Shown: in pieces, positions 1 to 13,100 of the stretch | Position numbering within the stretch: position 1 is the stretch's first letter | How the letters are laid out: each line of letters begins with the position of its first letter | Source of the DNA: Phoronis australis | Taxonomy: Eukaryota > Animalia > Phoronida | Length of the DNA: 64,000 bases | Direction of reading: 5' to 3' | Assembly (NCBI GenBank): GCA_002633005.1 | Contig: NMRA01000913.1 | Location: 1 to 64,000, forward strand | Program-made: the position numbers and the translations under genes | The notes under the pieces: generated by a model | The model's input: the letters and a program-made list of their open reading frames with translations, nothing else | Databases searched by the model: none | Told to the model about the DNA's origin: nothing

Positions 1-164
1 TGAGAAAGTCTAAATTATAAAATTGCAATTCTTTCATCCTCTTTACAATTCAGTCGATTATTCCAAAGTGGTTCTCATTCATTCCCTTGCACACATTTAT
101 TCACTCACTAGTAACACCCCGCTCAGTCTCAGAGAAGTAAGAGACAATTTTGTTCAATGCTCAA

Positions 165-232
165 TAGCATGCCAGTGAAAGCCAGGATTCGAACTTGAGT
201 CTCACTAGCTCAAACCACTGAGCCACACTGTC
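165..232 (-). mobile_element. tRNA-derived SINE head
   Basis: Minus strand A-box TGGCTCAGTGG and B-box GTTCGAATCC; no complete cloverleaf. Confidence 0.5.
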
Positions 233-1580
233 TACAAATAATCAGAGACCTAACACTTTTTGAGTGATTTGGTATAATGCAAAAAGTTCCCAGTTTTATC
301 ACTGAAACTGGTATTTATCCACGGCTGAAACACGATTCACCAATGGGGATATGGGCTCCTGGGACTGACTGGTAAAGCACCTACTTTTGAATTAAAAAGA
401 CCAAGTTATAATTCACGGTTGTAGGATACATATTGATAATATTCTTACCCATCACTAACATCTAATCGCAATTACTCCTGCGCACCTTCAGCCTGTTGAC
501 GTTCACAGGACGAACCTGCTGGGAGTGAGTCTTCGGCGACCAGAGAAAGGGCCGTGAAAGTGATCAAGGGAGAACGGCTCCACTACAGAAAAGCCGTGAA
601 CACATTTTGTTCCTCTGGGATCTGTCACCTCCACCTCCTCGTCCGAAAGGTTGGAATCATCTGAAAAGTCCACCTGTCCGTCCCTGTATCATTCAAAGTA
701 TTACTCATCTACGCTGCTGTACTCACTTGGACACACATTGCTTCCTTTGTGTTCCCCAACACCACGTCACAGATGTGTAAAGAACGAAAATGGCGCCGTT
801 TCTATTCTCCGTTACAACGATGGCGTTACAACACCACGCCACTTAATATGTAAATAACTTTGTATAGCGGCGTACAATTCAGTTAATGTTAAGAATATAG
901 CAATGATAATTCTAAACTCGAATTTAGACCATATTGTTGTTCAGATTGGTTTGGACCTTGCAATTTCCTCTTTAATGACATATCACTGTTGCCTACATGG
1001 TACTTGTCCAGTCGAATTTCATTAAGATATTAATGTATAAATAAGTGAGCCTCAAACTGCTCGTGGTAAGCTATGAATGAGGGTGTATGATTAGCGGCTC
1101 ATAATGTGATCGTCTGCACCTTGATGGCTGAAACACCTGCTGAGCTGGAGAGTCGGACATTGGCATGTTATCTTATTTATATAATAAAATGAGAGTGACA
1201 TCTTTGGATAACATCACTTTCCAAAGTGTAACAAGTACTAGCTGTTACAGTGCTTTCGCACGGGTAGCAGCTAGTGGGAAATCCCGAGGGGAAATAGCTA
1301 CATCTAAGAGTGAACCGATCGAGTGTTCTTCGCAAAAGACAGGAATACTTCTTGAAGAGACCGTGTTCAAAGCTTCAAGCAGAAATTCTGTCACCTCTCA
1401 GAGTTTAGTAGACAATTAAGGTGTGCGGCTGTGGTATTCTTCCCCTAGGCAGTACAAATTTCTTTCCAGAGCATTTGACCCTGCTGTAACACAAAGTACG
1501 GTAATCAGATATTTTTCAGTTTTAAGTGAAAACTAAGAATGCATGTAAAATGTTGTATAGTACGCAAAGTATATAGATGT

Positions 1581-3131
1581 CATTGACGGATTTAGAGGGG
1601 GGCCAAGGGGGCCATGGCCCCCCATAAAATAGCGGCTTTGCAGCGACGCCATATTGAAATTAGGTTAAATGGTGCATTGTGGGTGCTGTGGTCAGGATTC
1701 CGAAAGCGGCCATAGTAACAAGCATAATACGCGGTATGAGCGCGAAGAAAACTTACGGCGGATATACTTGTGTTCCTGGCTGCTTCAAAAACAACAGGAC
1801 AGATAAAAATCTGAGTTTTTATGTGTTCCCTGCAAACCAAGAACTTCGTGAAAAATGGATAAACAACATTAGGAGAGCTGGGAGTAAGGGGAGATTTAGC
1901 GCATTCAAACCAACGCAGGGCTATCTAGTAGGCAACACGTAGCCCCTCGGTTGGCCATATAGGGGCTACAATACTCCCATTCGCTTTCTGTATTCATTTC
2001 GTTACTTCAGTGTATTTTAAATGGGCCGTGACCGGATTTGGGTTACCGATTTCGAGTTTTCACCTCGTCAAAAATACATTCTACACTTAAAACTATCATT
2101 TAAAAAAACGCTTACTTTCATCATTGGTCTTTTCTACTTCTATACATATCTTTGATGAAGCTTAGTTGTGAGAATTAAGTTGACTTTGGCGAAGAATTAC
2201 AACTCCACTTTTTTGGTTGCCGTTAATTTTATCACCACGTGAGCCGCGATAACCACAAAGCATGTCAACTGAATCACATGAGTTAAGCAAAGGTTAGCAC
2301 GAGACTGAGCGAAGCGCGTGACGCTAGCGTGTGACGCTAGCGCGTGACGCTAGCACGCGACACTNNNNNNNNNNNNNNNNNNNNNNNNNNNNNNNNNNNN
2401 NNNNNNNNNNNNNNNNNNNNNNNNNNNNNNNNNNNNNNNNNNNNNNNNNNNNNNNNNNNNNNNNNNNNNNNNNNNNNNNNNNNNNNNNNNNNNNNNNNNN
2501 NNNNNNNNNNNNNNNNNNNNNNNNNNNNNNNNNNNNNNNNNNNNNNNNNNNNNNNNNNNNNNNNNNNNNNNNNNNNNNNNNNNNNNNNNNNNNNNNNNNN
2601 NNNNNNNNNNNNNNNNNNNNNNNNGGAGTTTCCTCTTAAAATTAACGTCTCTAGCATATACACGGCGAAAGCTACAAAAGTTAAGCAACCCAAGAACTCT
2701 CAACTTGTCTGAAACCGGAGGAGATTTCGAAATCAACGCCGATAGCCCCAATACTGAACATGACGACAGTTGTGCCCTCGGTCACTCGGTCACTGATCAT
2801 AGCTACGCTGTGTTTACAAACGAGAGAGAGGACTTGCTTGGTATTATAAAGCAAAAAAATGAAACATGGTTTTTAGTTTGCAAATCACTCCAAATGCACA
2901 CTATCCAGCCTGCTCAAGACATGCCTGACCACAAGCTATCCCATGAGCCTTCGCGCATGAAGTAACTCGCACATGCGCAATGCGTAGTTCGTTTGCGCTG
3001 CAAATCCGCTATTCTCCCAGCTTCCATTTGGCACTGCATTTCGGGGATGCGAATGTCTCAGTGAAGAGCAAAATTCTGGCTAATACTCTATTTGCCGTGC
3101 CCCCCAACTCAAAATCCTGGATCTGCCCCTG
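1581..3131 (+). mobile_element. Non-autonomous DNA transposon (hAT-like termini) containing THAP-protein remnants
   Basis: Imperfect TIRs CATTGACGGAT / ATCTGCCCCTG, flanked by 5-bp duplication GATGT; a related, inverted mini-copy lies at ~43764-44073. Confidence 0.55.
1737..2870 (+). pseudogene. Disrupted THAP-domain transposon gene (THAP 1737-1920; DHSY HCF-1-binding-like motif plus coiled-coil start ~2705-2870)
   Basis: CVPGC..LSFYVFP..LREKWINNIRR..FKPT is a THAP signature; interrupted at ~1920 and by an N-gap. Confidence 0.7.
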
Positions 3132-4085
3132 GATGTATTTACAAAAGTTGCATCATAAATGAACGTACTGAGGTAGAAAGCCAGCTAGCTGTATGAAGAC
3201 TTTTGTCAACATACAGCTAGGTAGCGGTGTGTAGAGCTCCGTTAGACACCGAAATTTCACACAACCCGGGTGTTCAGCTCGTCACCTCGTTGTGAAACTT
3301 AGAACTAACAACCTGCAGGGGTGCATGCAGAATCTGGGAATGAATCGACATTCACAGTGCCCATTACAGCCGTTAATAGAAGTAAACAAAATCTAATAAT
3401 CGTTATTTTTCGTAATTCTCCGCCTTTTGTAACAAAAGAAAATCCTATCTGCCGTCGTTTTGAAAACAGTGCAATCTCGTGACACGCGCACGTACGCGCC
3501 ATTTCTTAAAACTTTGCGATATCTTTGAGTATTTTCTGAAATTGTTTTTTTTTGGTATTAAAATAATAAAACTTGTAACGAAATGAAACCACTTCCAGTT
3601 GTTATGACATGTACGCAACCTCCACAGTTGATTGAAGAACATGGAAATTGGCCCGATAGGTGACGCAGTGGTGCACAATTTTAGCAGCAGAATAACTGAA
3701 GAACGCCAATTTTCTAACACCTGGGTAAATAATTTAGTTTACTCAAAGAAGAGTAAAAATTTTTTTAATGAGGCATCATTAATTTTGGCGGTGACAGGCC
3801 TGATGAATTATAGGCTATACGCGACAGAAGCCAGAGGGAGTGAAATTAAGCCGATGGAGTTGCGTCACCCAGGCCTTTGAGCCGCCCGACTGACGTCACC
3901 AAGGCCAGTACGAAACTGGCCACCCTCCCTCTGCGTCCGCGAAACATCGGCCCGCAAGAAAAAAATAGAACACCTCGAATCCAAATAGAGGGCCAGTGCA
4001 ACATCTGGGACCAAGGCGGTGCCAAAACGGGTGCAACGAAGGTCTGTAGTGGAGCGGGGGAGACGGAGTTCGTGCATACGTTGCA

Positions 4086-5695
4086 TTTTTATGTGCCCAC
4101 ATATTTATATGTGGTTGCATATTGCGTCATCTCTGTCTGTCCCGGCGTCCGGCGTTCGCAGCTGCATCTCCTAAGCCCAGGATCTTGGCAGATGTGTTCC
4201 TATGAAGCTAACAACGGACGACGACGATTTTTAAACCTCTCCGACTACTGGTGTGCCCCCTAGTGCCAATTTTATTTTTTTACGCTTACCTCTACATCTT
4301 TGGATGTTCTCAACAGATTTTCATAAAATTTGGACGTTGGGCATCTATTAGTGAGATGATGCCATCCTCCTGTTTTCAGATGGATTCAAGGTACTATGCG
4401 CAACCTAGTGGCTATTTTTACTGTTTTCGAGTCTGTTTTTGGTGTCCACCATTCTATCAACCAAACCACTCTAGGAATGATTTTGAAAATTAGCATATAT
4501 GTTCCTACTGTGAAGAGGGCAACTGATGATGATTTTCCGACGACTTTGACAACTGGCGCCTCCTAGTGACATTTTTGTTTGTTTTTACGCCCAGTGTATC
4601 TCCTTCACAGGATCTTAATGAGATTTGGCAGATGTGTTCCCATGATGATGACAACAGATGACAACGAATTTCGGACCTCTCCGACTACTGGTGTGCCCCC
4701 TAGTGGCAATTTTAATTTGTGTACGCTTACCTCTGTAGATTTGGAGGTCCTCAACGGATTTTAATAAAATTTGGCAGTTAGACATCTATTAGTGAGATAA
4801 TGCCATTCTCCCATTTTTGGATGGATTCGGGGTACTTTGCGCCACCTTAAGTGGCCATTTTTAGTGTTTTCGAGTTTGTTTTTTGGCGTCCACCGTTCTA
4901 TCAACCAAACTGTTCTAGGTATGATTTTGAAAGTTGGCATATGTTCTTACTGTGAAAAGGGCGGCTGACGATGATTTTCTGATGACTTGGAATACTATGG
5001 CGCCTCCTAGTGGCAGTTTTGTTTTTATCGCCCATGGCTGTATCTCCTAACTGCTCTGCAGGTCTTTATTGAAGTTTGCTGGTGTATTTATATGAAGTTG
5101 AATGCAGAGGGTGACAACTTTCGGACTGATCGGGCTACCGGTGTGCCCCCTAGTGGTAATTTTAGTTTTTTATGTTTACCTCTGTATCTTAAAGGATCGT
5201 CAATGGATTTTCATAAAATTGATAGTTAGGCATCTATTAGTGAGGTGACACTCATCCGATTTTCAGTAAAATTTGAGGCATTTGGCGCCACCTTGTGGCC
5301 ATTTTCACTGTTTTCGAATCTTGTTGTTTGGCGTCTGCCTTTCTGTCAACCAAACCACTCTAAGGATGGTTGTAGAAATTGGCATTTATTTTCCTTATGG
5401 GAAGAGGAAGTCTTAAGCATGATTTTCCAACGACTTTATCTACTTTGGTGCCTCTTTGTGGCAGTTATATTATGTTTTTTGTGCTTATAGCCTCTTAGTG
5501 GCATTTTCATTTTTTTCATTTCCTTCTCTTTTCTCAGAAGTTCCTTAACAGATTTTTATGAAATTTGGTAAATAGCTTTGATGACACATAAAAGTTCTCA
5601 GGTGGATTCGACATATTTTGTGCCATCTGGTTGTAAATTTTTATGTTCCAAATAAACACCCCTAGAAGCACAACGTTAGCGTTAATGGTGTACAT
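4086..5695 (+). mobile_element. Helentron-associated non-autonomous element (HINE/DINE-1-like), degenerate 3' end
   Basis: 5' ATG(C/T)GCCCACATA-TT-TATATGTGG hairpin, GTCC-like microsatellite, ~450-bp internal repeats. Confidence 0.75.
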
Positions 5696-5699
5696 AATA

Positions 5700-6345
5700 G
5701 ATAATACAAAGTACCAGGTAATACAATGCACCACAATACAATACCTAAAAATACAATGCTTCACAATACAATACATAACAATACAATGCACCACAATACA
5801 ATACATAATACAATGTACCGCAATACAACACACAACAATATAATGCACCACAATACAATACAATGTACCACAATACAATACATAACAGCACAATGCACCA
5901 CAATACAATACATAACAATATGCACCACGATACAATACAATGCACCACAATACAATACATAACAGCACAATGTACCACAATACAATACATAACAATATGC
6001 ACCATGATACAATACATAATACAATGCACCACAGTACAATACAATACAATACAATGCACCACAATACAATACATAACAGTATAATGCACCACAATACAAT
6101 ACAATGCACCACAATACAATACAATACATAACAATACAATGCACCACAATACAATAGATAACAATACAATGCACCACAATACAATACATAATACAATGTG
6201 CCACAATGTAATACATATCAATACAATGCACCACAATACAATACATAACAATACAATGCACCACAATACAATACATTACAATACAATGCACCACAATGCA
6301 ATAACAAAACAATGCACCACAATACAATACATAACAATACAATGG
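5700..6345. repeat. Compound microsatellite (CAATA/CACCA/ATGCA units)
   Basis: Visible repetition; source of spurious Cys/Tyr/Val ORFs. Confidence 0.95.
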
Positions 6346-6725
6346 GATGAAATGAAAGTAAATCCAATGAACCTGGACAGACTGGCTGCACGCATGTTGT
6401 CTTGATAAATAAAATCAAAGCATCACCACTTACCATTTGAAATATGTTCTTTATCAGTTAAGGTCATGCAAGAGGATATTGTCATTAACTTGCCTATCCA
6501 CGTTATATGTACTAAGTGTTCTGGAAGTAGGTTAGCAATGAAAATTAGTTGACAACCAAATGATGGTGGCAAAATGTTGATGAGGGATAATGAAACTACG
6601 TGAAATTATAAACTAATAGGAAAGCAAGGGTCACACGCACTCAAGTTATTGATAATGAGAAATGTGTAGTTGGTATTATAGCTTATATAAAATAATTCAA
6701 TTCTTGAATGAAAAACTACGGGTAC

Positions 6726-6930
6726 GTTTTTATGTGTTCACATATACAGCTAGATGTGTGGGCTTGTCTCTCTGGACATCCGGCATTTTGCTGCTTTATC
6801 TCCTGCAGCCACTGTATGATCTAATGAGATTTGGAAAATGTGTAGCTTTGAAGATGACTACAGATGAAGACTTTCTGACTGATCCAACTACGGCAGTGCC
6901 TGCTTGAGGCAATTTAGTTTTTTATTCCCG
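6726..6930 (+). mobile_element. Short degenerate HINE fragment
   Basis: Diverged copy of the HINE 5' end and first internal repeat. Confidence 0.5.
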
Positions 6931-9009
6931 TGTGCAGGGATATAGTTAATGGTAGTCGTCATGTGTCTTCATGGTTCTGTGTTTCTGTCCACCAACAGAG
7001 AAATGCTCTGTGTTCAAATCCTACATTTGTCATCAGATGTCTGCCTAACCATCAAAGCCTCACTTACGAAATGCTGTAGCACGTATCCTAGGTATTTGTC
7101 AATTCAACTGTATTTCCTTGTATTGAGTGGCTTGTTTATGATTTTCACACTTGCATGTAAAGAGACTTGTGCAACCACATTTCTTTTGAGATCTTTGACA
7201 AAAAGCTTATAGAGACTATCACTGAAGCGGTCGTCTACTACATTTCTGATGAGATGTCTACCGAACTTTCAAAAAACTACAGTACAGCCACTGAATTATT
7301 AGGCTTCGTCCGGTCTGCCTCACACCTGGCTAGATTGGAGTGTAACTCCAGAAATGCAGGTGTGAGAAATCAGTCGCGGTCTTCCCACGCCTACTTTCCG
7401 GATAGCTCAAACGCTTAATTACCTCCAGTTTGGTTAACGCCTTCCTCATGCTTTCCTCACGCCTTCCGTAGCTGTGGTAACCGTGATGGTGGTGCCGGGC
7501 TAATAAAAATAACATCTAGATCTATGTGTACAGTAATCCGTGGTTTTGGCATCTTATACACTGAGTTCTGACAAACCACGTAATTTCTCGTATTTGTCAC
7601 TCAATGAACTCCTTTAACTCCTCTGGCGTTGCATTTATGTATAGTTCAATTTATTATTCCAAATCATGTCCCATCACGACTTGACTGTGGTGAGTGAAGA
7701 CTTGGACCATTTAGTGGCCTGAATGTTAAGATGAACAAACGTGACCCTCTACTTGCATTCACAGTGATGTTTACACGACTGGGGGACTCCATTAAACTTC
7801 TCACAACTGGATATACTAAATTCATTCTAAAAATAGTCCAGGCATCTTGGCTCACTGATCATGTATCGTCACTCCGTGGAGTTGTACACTGCACTTGTGC
7901 AACACAAAACTTCGATAAGCTCACTTCTGTGGCTGACAGCATGTAGCATCTCCATTCCTTACTGCGAGCGCATGTTAAGTCCCCAACCCCTTGTACGGGT
8001 TTATTTGTAGCCCCATCCATTTAGTATTTTGTGCCCGCGTAGTCCTGGCGGAATTCTTTGCTAAAATAATAATAGCTGTAACTTCTCTTACTCGTCAAAT
8101 AGTCATGATCACATTCTCCGCATGATGCTAGAATTCGGGATAAATGCGCGCAGAATTCATGAGTTATGCTCTAGCTTATCGTGAGGACAATTGAATTATT
8201 CCGTCGGGCACACGTGTGTCAACATTGCTGATATGGTTATTTAAAAATACAAATATAAATGAGTGAGAAATTAAGTCCTGGGGTCTGTTTCATTGAAGTG
8301 ACTTATAATTAAGATTGAGAAAGGAATTTGGCTCTACGTAAGGATTTCCGAAAAATAGTTGAAACTCACATGAGCAAAATTCTTTGAGAATATTCACATC
8401 ACTGTTAGTTACTGAATTAGTTTTCAACTGTGATGTGTTCATAATTACTTGACCAAAACTTTATACAGCAATCATGAAATGGAAGCGTAAGATTGAGTTT
8501 CTGTCTTTTAGTCACGTTTATGAGAAGGACCCCAGAAACTGCATAAGTCAACAGAAAGAATTTGTTGTACGGGACTATGATGGAATGCCACACAACTGGT
8601 TACATTGAGAACTAATTACTTCAAAATGTTGATGCTGCTGCTTGTAATACCCCGTCCAATAACTGGAATATTGGTTGAGTTGGCCAATTGCAGATTTAAA
8701 TGTGAAGGCAAAATTTCATGTCATTTTTAGCAAAAATGAGGTTCGTTGATTATTTCGGACATATTTTTCAGTTAATTACTGGTTTTTGTAATTTAAACAT
8801 TCAATTACTCTTTCTCTACCCCGCAAATGGCATTTTGGGAATTTCGTGCCAAATTCTTTTCATATAACCGGACTGAGAGAGCTCCGAGTCGGTCATTGTT
8901 CTATCTCGGTTGTGATAAGTTCGGTCGTCGTTTGCTTTTGTTTACAAGTCAGTCAACATGCCACACTGTTGCTGCGTACTGAGATATACTCATCGTCTCA
9001 CGGACAGAG

Positions 9010-9227
9010 CAAATACCAACAATATGCTAGCACTGGTAGCATATACCAACAATACGCTAGCACTGGTAGCATATACCAACAATACGCTAGCACTGGTAGC
9101 ATATACCAACAATACGCTAGCACTGGTAGCATATACCAACAATACGCTAGCACTGGTAGCGTATACCAACAATACGCTAGCACTGGTAGCGTATACCAAC
9201 AATACGCTAGCACTGGTAGCATATACA
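9010..9227. repeat. 30-bp minisatellite x~7 (CAATACGCTAGCACTGGTAGCATATACCAA), next to a THAP-like start MPHCCCVLR
   Basis: Direct inspection. Confidence 0.9.
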
Positions 9228-10100
9228 TCTGGTGTTGCACAGTTGTTGGGAGTTATTGGAGTCATGCTGTTTTTATTAATTATTATACAGTGCATATTTT
9301 CAAAGTAAAGCTAGCTCTGTTATGAGTTCAAATGATGAGGATTTTTTCTCATATGTTCAGTGACCATGGGTGTATTCTTTCAACTTGGATGTTTTGAAAT
9401 ATTACATTCAGTGATAGATATGTTTGAGTAAGCTACTAGTAATATTTGGCCTGTTTGTTACAACTGCAACAAAATCTGAAGCTAATGTTTACTAATAGAC
9501 ACGTTTGATTTGTAGCTGTTAAAAAAAGAAAATTATAGAAAAAATGATGCTAGTGGCCACTTTTTCTTTGAATAGTAAGGTGCGGGTTTCAAAATTATAC
9601 CTAGCTGTATTTGGTCGACCAAGTGAGTTTTGTTAAAGAGCACTTTTAACACATATGTAAAAAAATATTTATTTGGTAAAAGTAATGCAGATAGGACTTC
9701 TTTCTTTAAATAATAAGTCAGGCACAGACAAGAAACCAGTCATGCTTGGTTTTGTTTTTATCTCAGTTATTTAACTTGTATTGTTCAAGATGTCATGTAT
9801 TCTCATCACCTTTTGTTTAAACTGTCCTTTTATATTCCATGGTGTTTTGATTAAGCTTGATCATATGGACTGACCATTTGTACAACAGTATGACTCACCA
9901 TATCTCGCCTCTATTTCTTTGTCTTGAATTACAATTATTATCCTCACTCCGGTACCTCCATGATTTGATGTCATTCTATAATCTATTAGCAGCAGCTCTG
10001 TGTTCAATTTTGAGATTTAATCATTGTTTTTCTAAAGGGATAATGACATCTGTAGATAGGGGCGGTGTCTAATGAAACATCTGTGTGTTGCACCTTACAG

Positions 10101-10182
10101 ATTACCTTGTGCCACACTGGTGGTAATCACTACGATAGTGTCTACCCAGCTTCCTATGCTGAGAAGGCTGCCATCTGTCAGT
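10101..10182 (+). CDS. OTUD4: OTUD4-like exon, OTU catalytic His/Asp loop ([27 protein letters not shown])
   Basis: ccttacag acceptor, gtgagt donor, NHYD motif. Confidence 0.92.
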
Positions 10183-13100
10183 GTGAGTAGATTTTAGTAG
10201 TTTTACCCATTGTGTAGTGAACAATTCTTGCCAGTTGTTTTTTTTTTGGGGGGGGGTTGGTTCCCAGTTACTGATAAAATTGAAGCATCTTAAGTTTGAG
10301 AATGAAATCTTGGCATATTTTAGGGAATACATCTTCATCAATCATTTGTTTATTTAAACTTTTTACGGTAAAAACTCAGTCTAGGACCCAATGTGGCTGA
10401 TGGAGTGAAATCTTATTTCTCTATAACTTACTTGATTTTAAGCCTATACTCAGCATGGTGGACACTTACAGCAATGTTGTAAAACTTTTTAAAAATAAAA
10501 ATGGCACTTTCTGCAATTGTTTTTGTTTCAAATTTCAGATTTTTAAATGTATGATTATCTCATATTTGAACATAGTAACTGGAAAAAGAAATGCCTTGAA
10601 AAAAAGAGAAGTTATAGGTATCATTTTACAAAAAACACAGCCTTTAAGCATTGACAACTGTAGTGGGTATATTAGATGAGGCAGATGAGCCACTGGTATT
10701 GTATCAGATATTCTCATATGAAATGGGCCGTAATTTTCCAAATTTTTCTTGTTACCAGCTATTGTGTATGATCTGCTGTACCGAACTGTTTTTGGCATGA
10801 GTGAGGAAATCGCACACGGCATTGAGATGATTCGTAACAAGTCCTATCACAAACATCGTAAGGACAGCTGCAGTAGTACATCGGATAAAGCTGAGAGGTA
10901 ATTGTACATAGTAGATGTGGAGAAGGCTTGGCTTTACATTGTGTGTATGGGGTTGTGTGGTGTGTGACGGGGCAGACAGGAGTTGGCAACACTCTTGAGA
11001 TGGCGTTGCTGCATTTCTTTTGCAGCGCATATTAAATTGTAAACTTGAGGTGGAAATCTCAAAGTCTGGTTTCTGCGGATTATGATCGTACAATATTGTT
11101 GTTTAGTAATCGTCGTCTGTCTTATGCGCCCACATATTTTTATATGCGCTAACTGCGAAGCGATACCGAAGCTAGTTTACAGTGAAACAACACGTGAGAT
11201 GAGATAAAAGGTCATATATTTTATGACAAACTAAACTACTACAGATATCGGTAATTACAAAAGTTATATGATATGTTGAACTGTATACATAAGTGGTGAA
11301 TAGAAAGTTAAGTAATAATATTAGAAGCATAACACCAACACCGGGACAGGCACCCAAGATGTTACCATGTAGGGGGACCACTGCATTGACGTAGTAAACT
11401 GAAGTAAACACCCAGTGGGTTACCGGACAGTCGTACCTGAAAGTAGTAATGCATAATATGATTAATGAAAGAGGAAGATGTGAAAGGGGACCAAGGAATG
11501 GGGCAGTAAGATAATAACCTGCATACTAAAAATATATACAAGGAATTAACTAGGGGTATGAGATAAGGGACAATTACGAGAGGAGACCCAGGCGGCGGAG
11601 GTGATGTCCGAAAGCGAAGCGGATGCTGAGAGCGTACTTGCGGATGCCTGAAGGATTAAGGTGAATGAGGTCGGGGCAGTAAAGGTGTAAAGGGTCTTGC
11701 CAGAACCCGCCCCTATGGGTCCAAAGGAAGACTGTGGGATGGTCGGCGAGGAGGCGTTTGAGGTGAAAGTTAAGGGATTGGCAACGCATATTAAAAGTGC
11801 CGTCTTCGTGGAAACGGAAGAACACCATGCTGATGATGACCGACTGCAAAGAAGGGTAAGACTGGAGGATAGACTTGGAAATCGAAATTAGGTCATGGGC
11901 CAGAGACAAAGCCAAAGGGTGAGACTGGGGATGAGACAGATCGTTTGCGGCGATCTGTAGGAACACTAAAGTGGCCAAGAATTCGGTGATGGCTGGGGTT
12001 AAATGGCGAACAGAACGAGTTCCGGGGGTGAGTGTGGCCCCGGACAACCCTAAGGAGTTGATGGACACAGAGGACTCGTGGAAACCCAGATTGGTCAGAC
12101 CCTGGTCGGTTGCCACAGGCAAATTGAGATAGGTGTCCAGCCAACACACGTAAGAACTGCCCAAAATCAAACAACTAAGTGGCATGTTTAGTCCAGAACG
12201 AAGCAGGAAACAAGGTACAATACCTTAATAAGGTGAAGAGATGAAGAGTGCTGAAACTTCAAAGAGAATTTGAGTGAAAACTGAAATTTGGTGAGAATTG
12301 TGGACGATGGCCCAGTGTTGCGACGAGACAAAGAGATCATGGGTACAATAAACCAATAATCGTAGAACAAAGAGGGTCACTGACCCGAGAATCAAAACAA
12401 TATGATAATGAGGACAAAGCAGTATAGCTTACCTAAAATAATTTAATACTTAAATAATTTATATGTGGTCGCATATTGCTGTCATCTCTGTCCGGTATCT
12501 GTGCGTCCGGCGTCCGCAGCTGTATCTCCTAAACCCTCTGCAGAATCTTTATTAAATTTAGCAAGTGTATTTATATGAACCAAAACCCTATGGAATACAT
12601 TCATAAAATTTGGCATATATGTTCCATTCATGAATGGGACGGCATGAGCAAACTTTCGGACGGATCCGATTACTGGTGTGCCCCCCTAGTGGCAAATTAA
12701 GTTTTTTACGCTTATCTTTGTATCTTCAAAAGTCCTGAATGGATTTTCATGAAATTTAGTATGTAGGCACCTATTAGGGAGACGCTATCCTCCCGTTTTT
12801 GGATGGATTCAACGTAGTTTGTGCCACGTAGTGGCCATTTTTACTGGTTTCGAGTCTGTTTTTTTGCGTCTACCCCTCTATCAACCAAACCGCTCAAAGG
12901 ATGATTGTGAAAATTTACATGTATGTGCCTACTATGAAGAGGACGGTTGACGATGATTTTCCGACAATTTTGACTACTGTGGCGCCTCCTAGTGAGTTTT
13001 GTTTTTGTTGCACCTATGGCTGTATCTTCTACTTAATTTAGCAAGTTTATTTATGTGATGTTGACAACGGATGACGATGACTTTCAGACAGATCTGACTA

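Noticed and set aside
5534-6436. Multiple 60-220 aa Cys/Tyr/Val or His/Asn/Thr ORFs
   Set aside because: Translations of a microsatellite
6999-7091. Candidate upstream OTUD4 coding exon with a good acceptor
   Set aside because: The phase needed to join 10101 ends in TAG and there is no OTU similarity
7167-7950. Possible transposase remnants (HTH-like RKALTKLEVIKRL; GSRLFI..NG..QSS)
   Set aside because: Too degenerate to assign without a search
8554-8610. KEFVVRDYDG resembling the OTU KDFIIY exon
   Set aside because: No polypyrimidine tract, in-frame stop, no suitable donor
8846-9325. 159-aa repetitive ORF and overlapping ORFs
   Set aside because: Produced by a 30-bp tandem repeat lacking stops; the same applies to 14894-15328, 22776-23278, 24720-25280 and 54621-54923
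10858-10863. Alternative donor CATC|GTAAGG as exon end
   Set aside because: Phase 1 is incompatible with the next exon; the 10898 donor keeps the frame
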